Assembly: GCA_035296325.1 (NCBI GenBank)
Contig: DATHBD010000082.1
Span: 137,771 to 201,770 of the forward strand
Source: Micromonosporaceae bacterium
GTDB lineage: Bacteria > Actinomycetota > Actinomycetes > Mycobacteriales > Micromonosporaceae
Length of the DNA: 64,000 nucleotides
Reading direction: 5' to 3'
Positions 56,832 to 64,000 of the stretch are shown in pieces (position 1 is the first letter of the stretch; every line of letters starts with the position of its first letter). A model generated the notes under the pieces. The model had not been told where the DNA came from. It ran no database searches and worked only from the letters and a program-made list of their open reading frames with translations. The position numbers and the translations under genes are program-made.

Positions 56832-58424
56832 ATGCGCCGACGGCACAGGCGACGCGGCGGAGGGTTCGCGATGGTCGGTACCCCGGCGGGCGGGCGTATC
56901 CGGGACCGCGCACGGTGGCTGGACTCGCGCGCGGTGGGGCTCGTCCTCGGCGCCATCTACCTGGTGGGTCTGACCGCCCTGGTGCTCGCCTGGGGCCGGC
57001 CCGGGCACGCCATGGACGAGGCCGCCGGGCCCTTCATGTTCCTCTACGCCGTCGCGGCCGCCGTCCTCGCCGCGCGCGCCGGCACGCACCGGGCGCTGAG
57101 CCTCCGGCTCCGGCGGGCCTGGCTCGTGATGGCGGCGGCCTTCGTCGTGCTCGGCGTGGCGTATCTGGCGTTCGCGGCGACCGAGACGCAGGCGTTCCCG
57201 ACGATCGGGGACGCTCTGCGGCTGTTGTTCGTGCTGGTGCTGCTGCCGGGTCTGCTGATGCTGCCGATCCGGGCGCACACCCGCCGGGAACTCACCAAGC
57301 TCGCGCTGGACATCGGCGTCGTGCTGGCCGGCGGCGCGATGCTGCTGTGGTACCTGATGCTGGGTTGGGTGGTGACGGGCGCGGAGTCGGGCCTGGCCGC
57401 CGCCGTCGGTGCCGCCTACCCGATCGGTGACCTGGTCCTGATCTTCGGTGCGACGTACGTGCTGTTCCGCTCCGCCGGGCCGACCAGCCGCGTACCCCTG
57501 CTGCTGCTCTCCGGCGCGGTGATGTGCCTGGTCGTCGGTGACGTGTACCTGGGCTACCAGCGGGCCAACGCCCCGACCGGCGAGTATGTCGGCTGGCAGT
57601 TCGTGGGCTGGTTGACCGGGTCGTACCTGATGGCGGCGGCCGTCGCCGAGCAGTGCCGCCGGGCCGGTGGCCCCGCGGCGGCAAATGCCGAGCGGCAGAT
57701 CCGCGAGATCCCCCGGCTGCCGTACGCCGCTGTCGCCATGGGGTACGTGGTCCTGCTGTGGGTGGCCTCGGGGCTCCCGCTCTACCCGTACGGCGGTCTG
57801 ATCATCGGCGCCGTCGCGATGACCTGCCTGGTGGTCGCCCGCCAGATCGTGGCATTGCGAGAGAACCACCTGTTCGCCATCACCGACAACCTCACCGGCC
57901 TGGCCAACCGGACGCTGCTGCGCCACGAGCTGAGCCGGGCTCTGGACCGGGCGCGGCGCACCCGCGAACCGATCGGCGTGCTGCTGATCGACCTCAACGG
58001 GTTCAAGCAGATCAACGACTCGCTCGGGCACGAGGCCGGGGACCAGATGCTGGTGGCGTTCGCGCGACTGCTGGAGCGCAGCGTTCGGCGTACGGACTGC
58101 GTCGCGCGGCTGGGCGGCGACGAGTTCGCGGTCGTGGTGGACGGCGGTGACGCCGCCACGAGCGCCAACATGATCGCGCAGCGGATCAGCGACGGCAGCA
58201 ACGAACCGGTGACGTTGGGCGGTCACCCGACCCGGCCGCGCGCCAGCATCGGCATCGCGATCAGCGATCCGGTCCAGAGCACAGTCAGCAACCTCCTGCA
58301 TCGGGCGGACGCGGAGATGTACCGGGCCAAGCGGGCCAGCGCGGGCCAGCGCGCCGATTCCCCGGGCATGGCGACGTCCGCCGACCGGCGCGGCGAACTC
58401 CGGTCGGCTCGGCCAGCCCGGTGA
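56832..58424 (+). CDS. Integral-membrane GGDEF protein (diguanylate cyclase, no EAL)
   Basis: About 9 TM helices, then 'LTGLANRTLLRHEL...LIDLNGFKQINDSLGHEAGDQ...RLGGDEFAVVV'. The real start may be the internal ATG near 56871. Confidence 0.8.
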   Translation: MRRRHRRRGGGFAMVGTPAGGRIRDRARWLDSRAVGLVLGAIYLVGLTALVLAWGRPGHAMDEAAGPFMFLYAVAAAVLAARAGTHRALSLRLRRAWLVMAAAFVVLGVAYLAFAATETQAFPTIGDALRLLFVLVLLPGLLMLPIRAHTRRELTKLALDIGVVLAGGAMLLWYLMLGWVVTGAESGLAAAVGAAYPIGDLVLIFGATYVLFRSAGPTSRVPLLLLSGAVMCLVVGDVYLGYQRANAPTGEYVGWQFVGWLTGSYLMAAAVAEQCRRAGGPAAANAERQIREIPRLPYAAVAMGYVVLLWVASGLPLYPYGGLIIGAVAMTCLVVARQIVALRENHLFAITDNLTGLANRTLLRHELSRALDRARRTREPIGVLLIDLNGFKQINDSLGHEAGDQMLVAFARLLERSVRRTDCVARLGGDEFAVVVDGGDAATSANMIAQRISDGSNEPVTLGGHPTRPRASIGIAISDPVQSTVSNLLHRADAEMYRAKRASAGQRADSPGMATSADRRGELRSARPAR

Positions 58425-58469
58425 TGACCGGGACGGCCACCGCGGCACCGCGGAGTTGAGCGGGAGAAC

Positions 58470-59438
58470 TCAGCCTGGTGCCAGGCGGGCGGCGTCGGCC
58501 CGGAGGCGGTCGGCCAGCGTCCGTACCTCGGCGCGCAGTCCTTCGGGCTGCACGATGGTGAACGGCCAGCCAACACCGGCCAGCAGCGCGGCCATCCCGT
58601 CGAGCCGCTCGGCCCGGGCCCGCAGCCGCACGCCGCCCTCGACCTCGGTCAGCTCCCCCACCGTCGCCGGCAACCGCCGCCGGGCGTCGGCCAACGTCGT
58701 GTGCAGCACCACGATCACCTCGTGGCGCCACCGGACCGCTGCGATGCCGGCCAGGACCTGCGCCGACGAATCGAAATCGGATGGCACGTCGTAGCTCTGC
58801 CCGGTGGGCCGGATTCGCGCCACCCGGTCGAGGCGGAACGTCCGCACCTGACCCCGGCTGTGGTCGTGGCCGGTGACGTACCACCGTCCAGAGTGGAAGA
58901 CCAGACCGTACGCGTCGAGGGCGCGCTCCCCGGTGCGCCCATCCCAGGACGTGTACTCGATGCTGACCGTACGCCTGGCCCGGGTTGCCTCGGCGAGTTC
59001 CAGCAGCACGGCCACCACCGGCGGATCCGCCGGGCGGTCCGGTGCGGTGAAGTCCAGTGTGGACAGCAGCGCGTCCAGCCGTCGGGTGAGCGCTCCGGGC
59101 AGCACCCGCTGCACCTTCGCCAACGCGCTGTCGGCGGCCGCCGCGGTGGCGGTGGCAAGCCCAACCCGGCGGCCGGCGACCAGGCCCAGCGCCACCGCGA
59201 CCGCCTCGTCGTCGGTGAGCATGAGTGGCGGGAGTTTGTACCCCGGCGCCAGCCGGTATCCGCCGTAGCGACCGCGCAGCGCCTGCACCGGGATGCCCAG
59301 GTCGGTGAGGTGTTCGGCATACCGCCGCACGGTGCGCTCGTCGACACCGAGTCGATCCGCCAGCGTCCGAACCGGATGCGTGCCACCGGACTGCAACAGG
59401 TCGAGCAGGGCCAGGACACGGGCGGTCGGGCGGCTCAC
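58470..59438 (-). CDS. WYL-domain transcriptional regulator (YafY-like: HTH + WYL + WCX)
   Basis: GTG start with a GGAGG RBS. 'ARVLALLDLLQSGGTHPVRTLADRLGVDERTVRRYAEHLTDLGIPV' (HTH). 'VSIEYTSWDGRTGERALDAYGLVFHSGRWYVTGHDHSRGQVRTFRLDRV' (WYL core). The 581-aa track ORF is an over-extension. Confidence 0.7.
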   Translation of the reverse strand: MSRPTARVLALLDLLQSGGTHPVRTLADRLGVDERTVRRYAEHLTDLGIPVQALRGRYGGYRLAPGYKLPPLMLTDDEAVAVALGLVAGRRVGLATATAAAADSALAKVQRVLPGALTRRLDALLSTLDFTAPDRPADPPVVAVLLELAEATRARRTVSIEYTSWDGRTGERALDAYGLVFHSGRWYVTGHDHSRGQVRTFRLDRVARIRPTGQSYDVPSDFDSSAQVLAGIAAVRWRHEVIVVLHTTLADARRRLPATVGELTEVEGGVRLRARAERLDGMAALLAGVGWPFTIVQPEGLRAEVRTLADRLRADAARLAPG

Positions 59439-59489
59439 CGAAAAGCCTCCAAATCCGGGCGGATCCTGTCCGGTATTCACACTAGCATC

Positions 59490-60248
59490 ATGCGCATGAC
59501 AACTTTCGTACTGGTTCCCGGATTCTGGCTCGGCGGATGGGCGTGGCGCCCGGTCACAGCGGCACTGCGCGAGCACGGCCACGACGTCTACCCGGTGACG
59601 CTGACCGGGCTCGGCGAGCGCGCCCACCTGGCCCGGCCCGACACCGACCTGGAGACGCACATCACCGACGTGGTCAACCTTCTGCACTTCGAGGACCTGC
59701 GCGACGTGGTGCTGGTCGGGCACAGCTACGCCGGCACGGTCGTCACCGGCGTCGCTGACCGGGTGCCGGACCGGATCTCGCAGTTGGTGTACGTCGACAC
59801 CGGGCCGCTGCCGGACGGGACGGCGCAGAACGACTTCGCCGATCCGGAGGAGCAGGCCGCCAACGCGGCCCAGGTGGCCGAGCACGGCGAGGGCTGGCGG
59901 TTGCCGCCGCCACCATGGACGGCGATCGCCGGCGAGGTGCCGGACGTGGACGACGTGGCGCTCGCCGCGCTGACCGAGCGGTCGGTTGCCCAGCCGTGGG
60001 CGAGCGCCACCGAGCCGATCCGGCTCACTGGCGCGTGGGAGAAGCTGCCGAGACTCGGCGTGCTGTCCAGCTTCACCACCGAGCAGGTCCAGGGCATGGC
60101 CGCGGCCGTGCCGATCTTCCGGCACATGGCCGGCGACAACTGGCGCTACGTCGAGCTGCCCACCTGGCACTGGCCGATGTTCAGCCGCCCGGCCGAGCTG
60201 GCGACGATCCTGCATGCGGAAACGGGCGGTGGTTCATCGGTACGATGA
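59490..60248 (+). CDS. Alpha/beta-hydrolase fold protein (esterase/haloperoxidase-like)
   Basis: 'FVLVPGFWLGGWAWRPV...VVLVGHSYAGTVV' carries the nucleophile elbow G-H-S-Y-A-G. 252 aa. Divergent from the WYL regulator. Confidence 0.6.
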   Translation: MRMTTFVLVPGFWLGGWAWRPVTAALREHGHDVYPVTLTGLGERAHLARPDTDLETHITDVVNLLHFEDLRDVVLVGHSYAGTVVTGVADRVPDRISQLVYVDTGPLPDGTAQNDFADPEEQAANAAQVAEHGEGWRLPPPPWTAIAGEVPDVDDVALAALTERSVAQPWASATEPIRLTGAWEKLPRLGVLSSFTTEQVQGMAAAVPIFRHMAGDNWRYVELPTWHWPMFSRPAELATILHAETGGGSSVR

Positions 60249-60251
60249 ATC

Positions 60252-60738
60252 GATGAGGGCGAGCGTCGGACTGTACGTCACTGCCGTACTGATCAGTGCC
60301 TTTCTGCTCCCCGACCGGGTGCCGCTGCATTTCGGCGGGAGCGGGGCGGCCGATCGGTACGGCAGCCGTACTGAACTTCTGCTCGTCGAAATCGCGGTGG
60401 GCGTGCTGTTCGCCGCGGTGTTCGGCCCGGGCGCCCGGCTCCTCGCCCGGGCTCCACTGGATCTGCTCAACGTGCCGAACCCGGAGTACTGGAAGTCCCC
60501 ACAGCACGAGGCGGAGCTGCGCCGCCGGACGGTCGTGGATCTGCGCCGCATCGGCACGGCCACGTTTGTGTTCCTCACCGTGTTGGTGGCGCTGCACACC
60601 CGCGCGGCGGTCGACGGCACCAATCGGTTGTCCTCGTGGTCCTGGGTGGTGGTGGTCGCCTTTGTCGGCTACATCCTCGCCTTCTGCGGATACCTGATGC
60701 GGGTGCGCTACCGGGTCGACGAGCGATCACCCGGCTAG
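60252..60738 (+). CDS. Hypothetical membrane protein (4 TM)
   Basis: 'MRASVGLYVTAVLISAFLL...' and three more hydrophobic helices. 161 aa. Confidence 0.35.
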
Positions 60739-60802
60739 GATCGCCTGGTCCTGATCCGGCACCGCTCGGATCATCCGCAACGCGCCTGCCGGAGGTACCC
60801 CG

Positions 60803-61801
60803 ATGAGCAGCACCAGCCGGGTGCCGGAAACCCGGCTGATGAACAACGAGGAGCTCTCCGGCGACGAGGCTTGGGAGGCGCTGCGGCAGTACGGCCGGTG
60901 GCACCTCCTGCACGACGCGTTCCTCCGGTTCCGCTACGGCGACGGATTCAGCCACGCCCGAGCGCTGGGTCTTCAGCTCTGCCTGGCCATGGTGCCGTTC
61001 CTGATCGCGCTGACCGGCCTGGCCAGCGACCTCGGCCAGCGCGCCAGCGGCCAGGTGGTCGCCGAGGCGGTGCTGGCCCTGACGCCGGGTGCCAGCGAAC
61101 CGCTGGTCAGCGAACTGCTCACGGACGACGAGCGGGTCCAGGAGACGGGTGAGGTCGCGTTGGTCTTCGGGCTACTCACCGCCATCGCGGCGTTGACCAC
61201 GGTGGTGGCGCAGGTGGAGCGCGGCGCGAACCGGATCTACGGCGTGGAGCGCGACCGCCCGGCCCTGCACAAGTACCTGCGCGCCTTCGTGCTGGCCCTG
61301 GTCGCCGGCGCCCCGGCCCTGGCCGGCTTTCTGATCCTGGTCGCCGGCGGTGCGATGGGCGAATCGGCCCACCGGTGGTACGGCTGGAGCGGCACCGCCG
61401 ATCTCGCGTGGAGCGTGCTGCGCTGGCCGTTGAGCCTCGGCCTCACCGTGTTCAGCGTGGCCGTGCTGTTCCGCCACGCGCCCCGACGTCGCCAGCCCGG
61501 CCTGTCCTGGCTGCTCTTCGGCGCCGGTCTCTCCACCGCCCTGTGGTGGCTGATCAGCCTGCTGCTCGCGCTGTACGTGAAATCCAGTGGCGCCTTCGAC
61601 GCCACCTACGGCGCGCTGGCCGGCGTCATGGCGCTGCTGGTGTGGGCCAACCTGACCGGTGTCGCGCTGTTCCTGGGCATCGCGTTCGCCGCCCAGTTGG
61701 AGGCGGTCCGCGCCGGCGTGCCCAGCCCTGGCGAGCCGGACGAGTGGCAGTCAGAGCCGCGGCCCGGCCGCAGCCGGCTGCTCGCCTGGCGCTCGCCATG
61801 A
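60803..61801 (+). CDS. YihY/BrkB-family membrane protein
   Basis: Six TM helices with the YihY layout ('...LCLAMVPFLIALTGL...', '...GALAGVMALLVWANLTGVALFLGIAF'). 332 aa. Confidence 0.7.
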   Translation: MSSTSRVPETRLMNNEELSGDEAWEALRQYGRWHLLHDAFLRFRYGDGFSHARALGLQLCLAMVPFLIALTGLASDLGQRASGQVVAEAVLALTPGASEPLVSELLTDDERVQETGEVALVFGLLTAIAALTTVVAQVERGANRIYGVERDRPALHKYLRAFVLALVAGAPALAGFLILVAGGAMGESAHRWYGWSGTADLAWSVLRWPLSLGLTVFSVAVLFRHAPRRRQPGLSWLLFGAGLSTALWWLISLLLALYVKSSGAFDATYGALAGVMALLVWANLTGVALFLGIAFAAQLEAVRAGVPSPGEPDEWQSEPRPGRSRLLAWRSP

Positions 61802-62214
61802 ACCTCGGTACCCTGCCGATCGTGGAGTTCGCCTTCCCCGGGCCGGTCCGCGACCAGCTGGTCGCCGCGATCCTTTCCGGCGCGAAGACGACAACCTCCA
61901 GCCTGGCGCTCGGATACGAGCGGGACGGCGACCCGCCGCCACGGGCCGGCCAGGTGCTGGCGGTCGTGGACTCGGCGGGCCGCCGGGTCGCGGCGATCGC
62001 GCTGACCGAGGTCCGGGTCGTCCGGCTCGCCGACGTGGACCTGCAACACGCACTCGACGAGGGCGAGGGCGATGCGTCGGTGGCGCAGTGGCGCGCCGGG
62101 CACCAGGCGTTCTGGCACAGCGCGGAGGTGCGCGCGGAGCTGGGTGATCCGACGTTCACCGTGAACGACGACACGCTGGTGGTCGCCCAGCGCTTCCGGC
62201 TGGTTGCCGACTGA
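61798..62214 (+). CDS. ASCH-domain protein
   Basis: ATG overlaps the YihY stop (ATGA). 'PIVEFAFPGPVRDQLVAAILSGAKTTTSSL...GQVLAVVDSAGRRVAAIALTEVRVVRLADV' is the ASCH beta-barrel signature. 138 aa. Confidence 0.7.
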   Translation: MNLGTLPIVEFAFPGPVRDQLVAAILSGAKTTTSSLALGYERDGDPPPRAGQVLAVVDSAGRRVAAIALTEVRVVRLADVDLQHALDEGEGDASVAQWRAGHQAFWHSAEVRAELGDPTFTVNDDTLVVAQRFRLVAD

Positions 62215-62287
62215 CCATCGAGCGGTATGTGGCCTACGCACGTAATGACGCCGCCATTCGGTGCTTCACTCACATGCCAGTGACACA

Positions 62288-62917
62288 TCAACGGGTGGAA
62301 TCAACCCCGTTGGGGACCTCGACGATTGTCGTGACGCGGACCAGCGCCGGCCGGGGCGGCACCGACCCGAAGCCGAACCGGACCGGCGGGGCCACGTCGG
62401 CCAGCGCGCCCAGGTCGGTACCGTCGAGCGTGGCCGCCGCCGACGTGATCGGCCACAGGTCGCGGGCGCCGTACCACTCCCGCCGCCCACCGCCCGCACT
62501 GCCGCGGGTCCGCACTCCACGCAGGGCCACCCGGGCGGGAAGATCGACCAGGGAGATCCACGCCGGTTGGCCGGCCAGTCGTTGAGGCACAGCGCGCAAC
62601 ACCCGTCCCAGCGCTCCCCGGGCGCCGAGACTGAACGCGACATCGAGCGACCCCGCCGTGACACGCCAGCCGCCGCGGCCCGCGGATACGCCCACCGGCC
62701 CCACGCGGACCTCGTCGAACCGGTAGGTGTCGGCCACGAAGTCGGCCAGTTGCGCCGTCGCGGCCAGCAGCAGCCGGTGCCCGACCGCGGTTTCCACCAT
62801 GACGTCGCTGACCGGCCCGAACGGCGACGACGGCCAGTGCCCGACCACGATCCGGGTCCCGCTCGCCGTGCCGATGCCGGCGATGTACCCGTCGAATCGC
62901 ACGCGTCGCGCCCTCAT
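62288..62917 (-). CDS. Conserved hypothetical protein (209 aa)
   Basis: The C-terminal 209 aa of the 428-aa track ORF. 'MRARRVRFDGYIAGIGTASGTRIVVGHWPSSPFGPVSDVMVETAVGHRLLLAATAQLADFVADTYRFDEV...' has non-artefactual composition. The N-terminal remainder overlaps rtcB and has junk-like composition. Confidence 0.4.
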   Translation of the reverse strand: MRARRVRFDGYIAGIGTASGTRIVVGHWPSSPFGPVSDVMVETAVGHRLLLAATAQLADFVADTYRFDEVRVGPVGVSAGRGGWRVTAGSLDVAFSLGARGALGRVLRAVPQRLAGQPAWISLVDLPARVALRGVRTRGSAGGGRREWYGARDLWPITSAAATLDGTDLGALADVAPPVRFGFGSVPPRPALVRVTTIVEVPNGVDSTR

Positions 62918-62969
62918 CTCTGCACCGTATGCCGAAAAGGGCGTGCCGGATCGGAGGGCCTGGGTCAGC

Positions 62970-64000
62970 ATGAATGCCGAACCGATCCGAGGGAGTGCCG
63001 CCGTGCAGCAGGTGAGCAAGAAGCTGATGAACTGGGCCAGCATCATCGAGCCGACCACCCTGGCCCAAGCCGAGGCCGCAGCGTCGATGCCCTTCATCTT
63101 CCCGCACCTCGCCCTCATGCCGGACGCCCACCTCGGCAAGGGCGCAACGGTCGGCTCGGTGATCCCGACGCTCGGCGCCATCATCCCGGCGGCCGTCGGT
63201 GTCGACATCGGCTGCGGCATGCAGGCCGTCCGGACGCAGTACCGCCGCGACGAACTCCGTGGACCGCTCGCCAATCTGCGCGTGTCGATCGAGCGGGCGA
63301 TCCCGCTGTCGGCCGGCAGGTACAACGCCGACGTCAGCGCGACGGCCCGGGGTCGCGTGGAGCAGTTGGCGAAGCTCGCCGCGGAGGCCGACTTCGACCC
63401 TGCCTCGTACGCCGGGAACTGGGCTCTGCAGCTCGGCTCGCTCGGCTCGGGCAACCACTTCATCGAGGTGACGGTGGACGAGGAGGGTCTGGTCTGGCTG
63501 TTCCTGCACTCGGGTTCGCGCGGGGTCGGCAACAAGATCGCCACCCGGCACATTCGGGTCGCGCAGGAGGCCATGCGCCGCTGGTGGATTTCGCTGCCGG
63601 ACCCTGACCTGGCGTACCTCGTGGAGGGGACCGACGAGTTCTGGCGTTACATCCGCGAGTTGCGCTGGGCGCAGGAGTTCGCCCGGCTCAACCGCGAGGA
63701 GATGATGGACCGCGTGGTCGCGTGCTTCGAGGAGTGGCACGGCCCGATCCAGAAGCAGACCACGGTCCAGTGTCATCACAACTACACCACCCGCGAGCGC
63801 CATTTCGGCAAGGAGGTGTGGTTGTCCCGCAAGGGCGCCATCGACGCCTCGACCGGCACCATGGGCCTAATCCCGGGTTCCATGGGCGACGCGTCCTACG
63901 TCGTCGTCGGCAAGGGCAACAAGATGGCGCTCGACTCCTCGCCGCACGGCGCCGGTCGGAACTACTCCCGGTCCGCGGCACGCAAGACGTTCACCCGCCA
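62970..64000 (+). CDS. rtcB: RNA 3'-phosphate ligase RtcB (N-terminal approximately 343 aa; continues beyond window end)
   Basis: 'SMPFIFPHLALMPDAHLGKGATVGSVIPTLGAIIPAAVGVDIGCGM' is almost identical to the E. coli RtcB metal-binding core 'KMPFIFKHIAVMPDVHLGKGSTIGSVIPTKGAIIPAAVGVDIGCGM'. Downstream 'GSGNHFIEV...LHSGSRGVGNKIA'. Absent from the track because there is no stop in the window. Confidence 0.85.
   Translation, partial: MNAEPIRGSAAVQQVSKKLMNWASIIEPTTLAQAEAAASMPFIFPHLALMPDAHLGKGATVGSVIPTLGAIIPAAVGVDIGCGMQAVRTQYRRDELRGPLANLRVSIERAIPLSAGRYNADVSATARGRVEQLAKLAAEADFDPASYAGNWALQLGSLGSGNHFIEVTVDEEGLVWLFLHSGSRGVGNKIATRHIRVAQEAMRRWWISLPDPDLAYLVEGTDEFWRYIRELRWAQEFARLNREEMMDRVVACFEEWHGPIQKQTTVQCHHNYTTRERHFGKEVWLSRKGAIDASTGTMGLIPGSMGDASYVVVGKGNKMALDSSPHGAGRNYSRSAARKTFTR

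Noticed and set aside
58701-59489. N-terminal 260-aa extension of the alpha/beta-hydrolase ORF (515-aa version), and the 234-aa minus ORF 58715-59419.
   Set aside because: Both lie antisense to, or out of frame with, the WYL regulator, whose HTH and WYL motifs are unambiguous. The hydrolase fold starts at 'MRMTTFVLVPGFW' (59490).
62288-63574. 428-aa minus-strand ORF overlapping rtcB.
   Set aside because: Its N-terminal 219 aa run antisense to the highly conserved RtcB core and have junk composition. Only the C-terminal 209 aa (62288-62917), which do not overlap rtcB, were kept as a hypothetical gene.

Overview
High-GC (about 70-72%) actinomycete chromosomal window with roughly 43 protein-coding genes. 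I found no rRNA, tRNA or CRISPR. Some starts are GTG or TTG. The provided ORF track includes many long antisense ORFs that are artefacts of the high GC content, and I excluded them.

Gene content, in order:
- A secreted glycan-degrading set with carbohydrate-binding add-ons: GH2 beta-galactosidase (truncated at the window start), GH35 beta-galactosidase with an NPCBM module, two GH43 enzymes with ricin-B lectin domains, and a GH29 alpha-L-fucosidase with a ricin-B domain.
- Dense signalling content: a NarL-type sensor kinase/response regulator pair whose kinase carries a duplicated, degenerate second kinase module; a three-gene phosphorelay (PAS kinase, single-domain receiver, hybrid kinase); three GGDEF or GGDEF-EAL membrane proteins; an ECF sigma factor; a SARP/AfsR regulator; and a WYL regulator.
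- A low-GC patch holding a Tat-secreted animal-type haem peroxidase.
- Routine genes, including aldehyde dehydrogenase, an ArsB/NhaD permease with a CBS partner, an MMPL transporter, a LarA-like protein, an F420/NADP reductase-like protein, MmcQ/YjbR, YihY, an ASCH protein, an S1 protease, and RtcB (truncated at the window end).

Candidates for an undescribed system, in order of interest:
1. A 1146-aa protein with an N-terminal TIR domain, one transmembrane helix, a long coiled coil and about 14 WD40 repeats. It has atypical codon usage and a 17-bp direct repeat upstream.
2. A translationally coupled NfeD-like / flotillin / 1721-aa AAA_5-ATPase operon, flanked on both sides by GGDEF-EAL genes.
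3. An ECF sigma factor whose stop overlaps the start of a membrane-anchored DUF1996-like protein sitting where an anti-sigma factor normally would, followed by a paralogue.
4. A roughly 78-nt intergenic element present in two copies, with inverted-repeat arms and compensatory changes between the copies.
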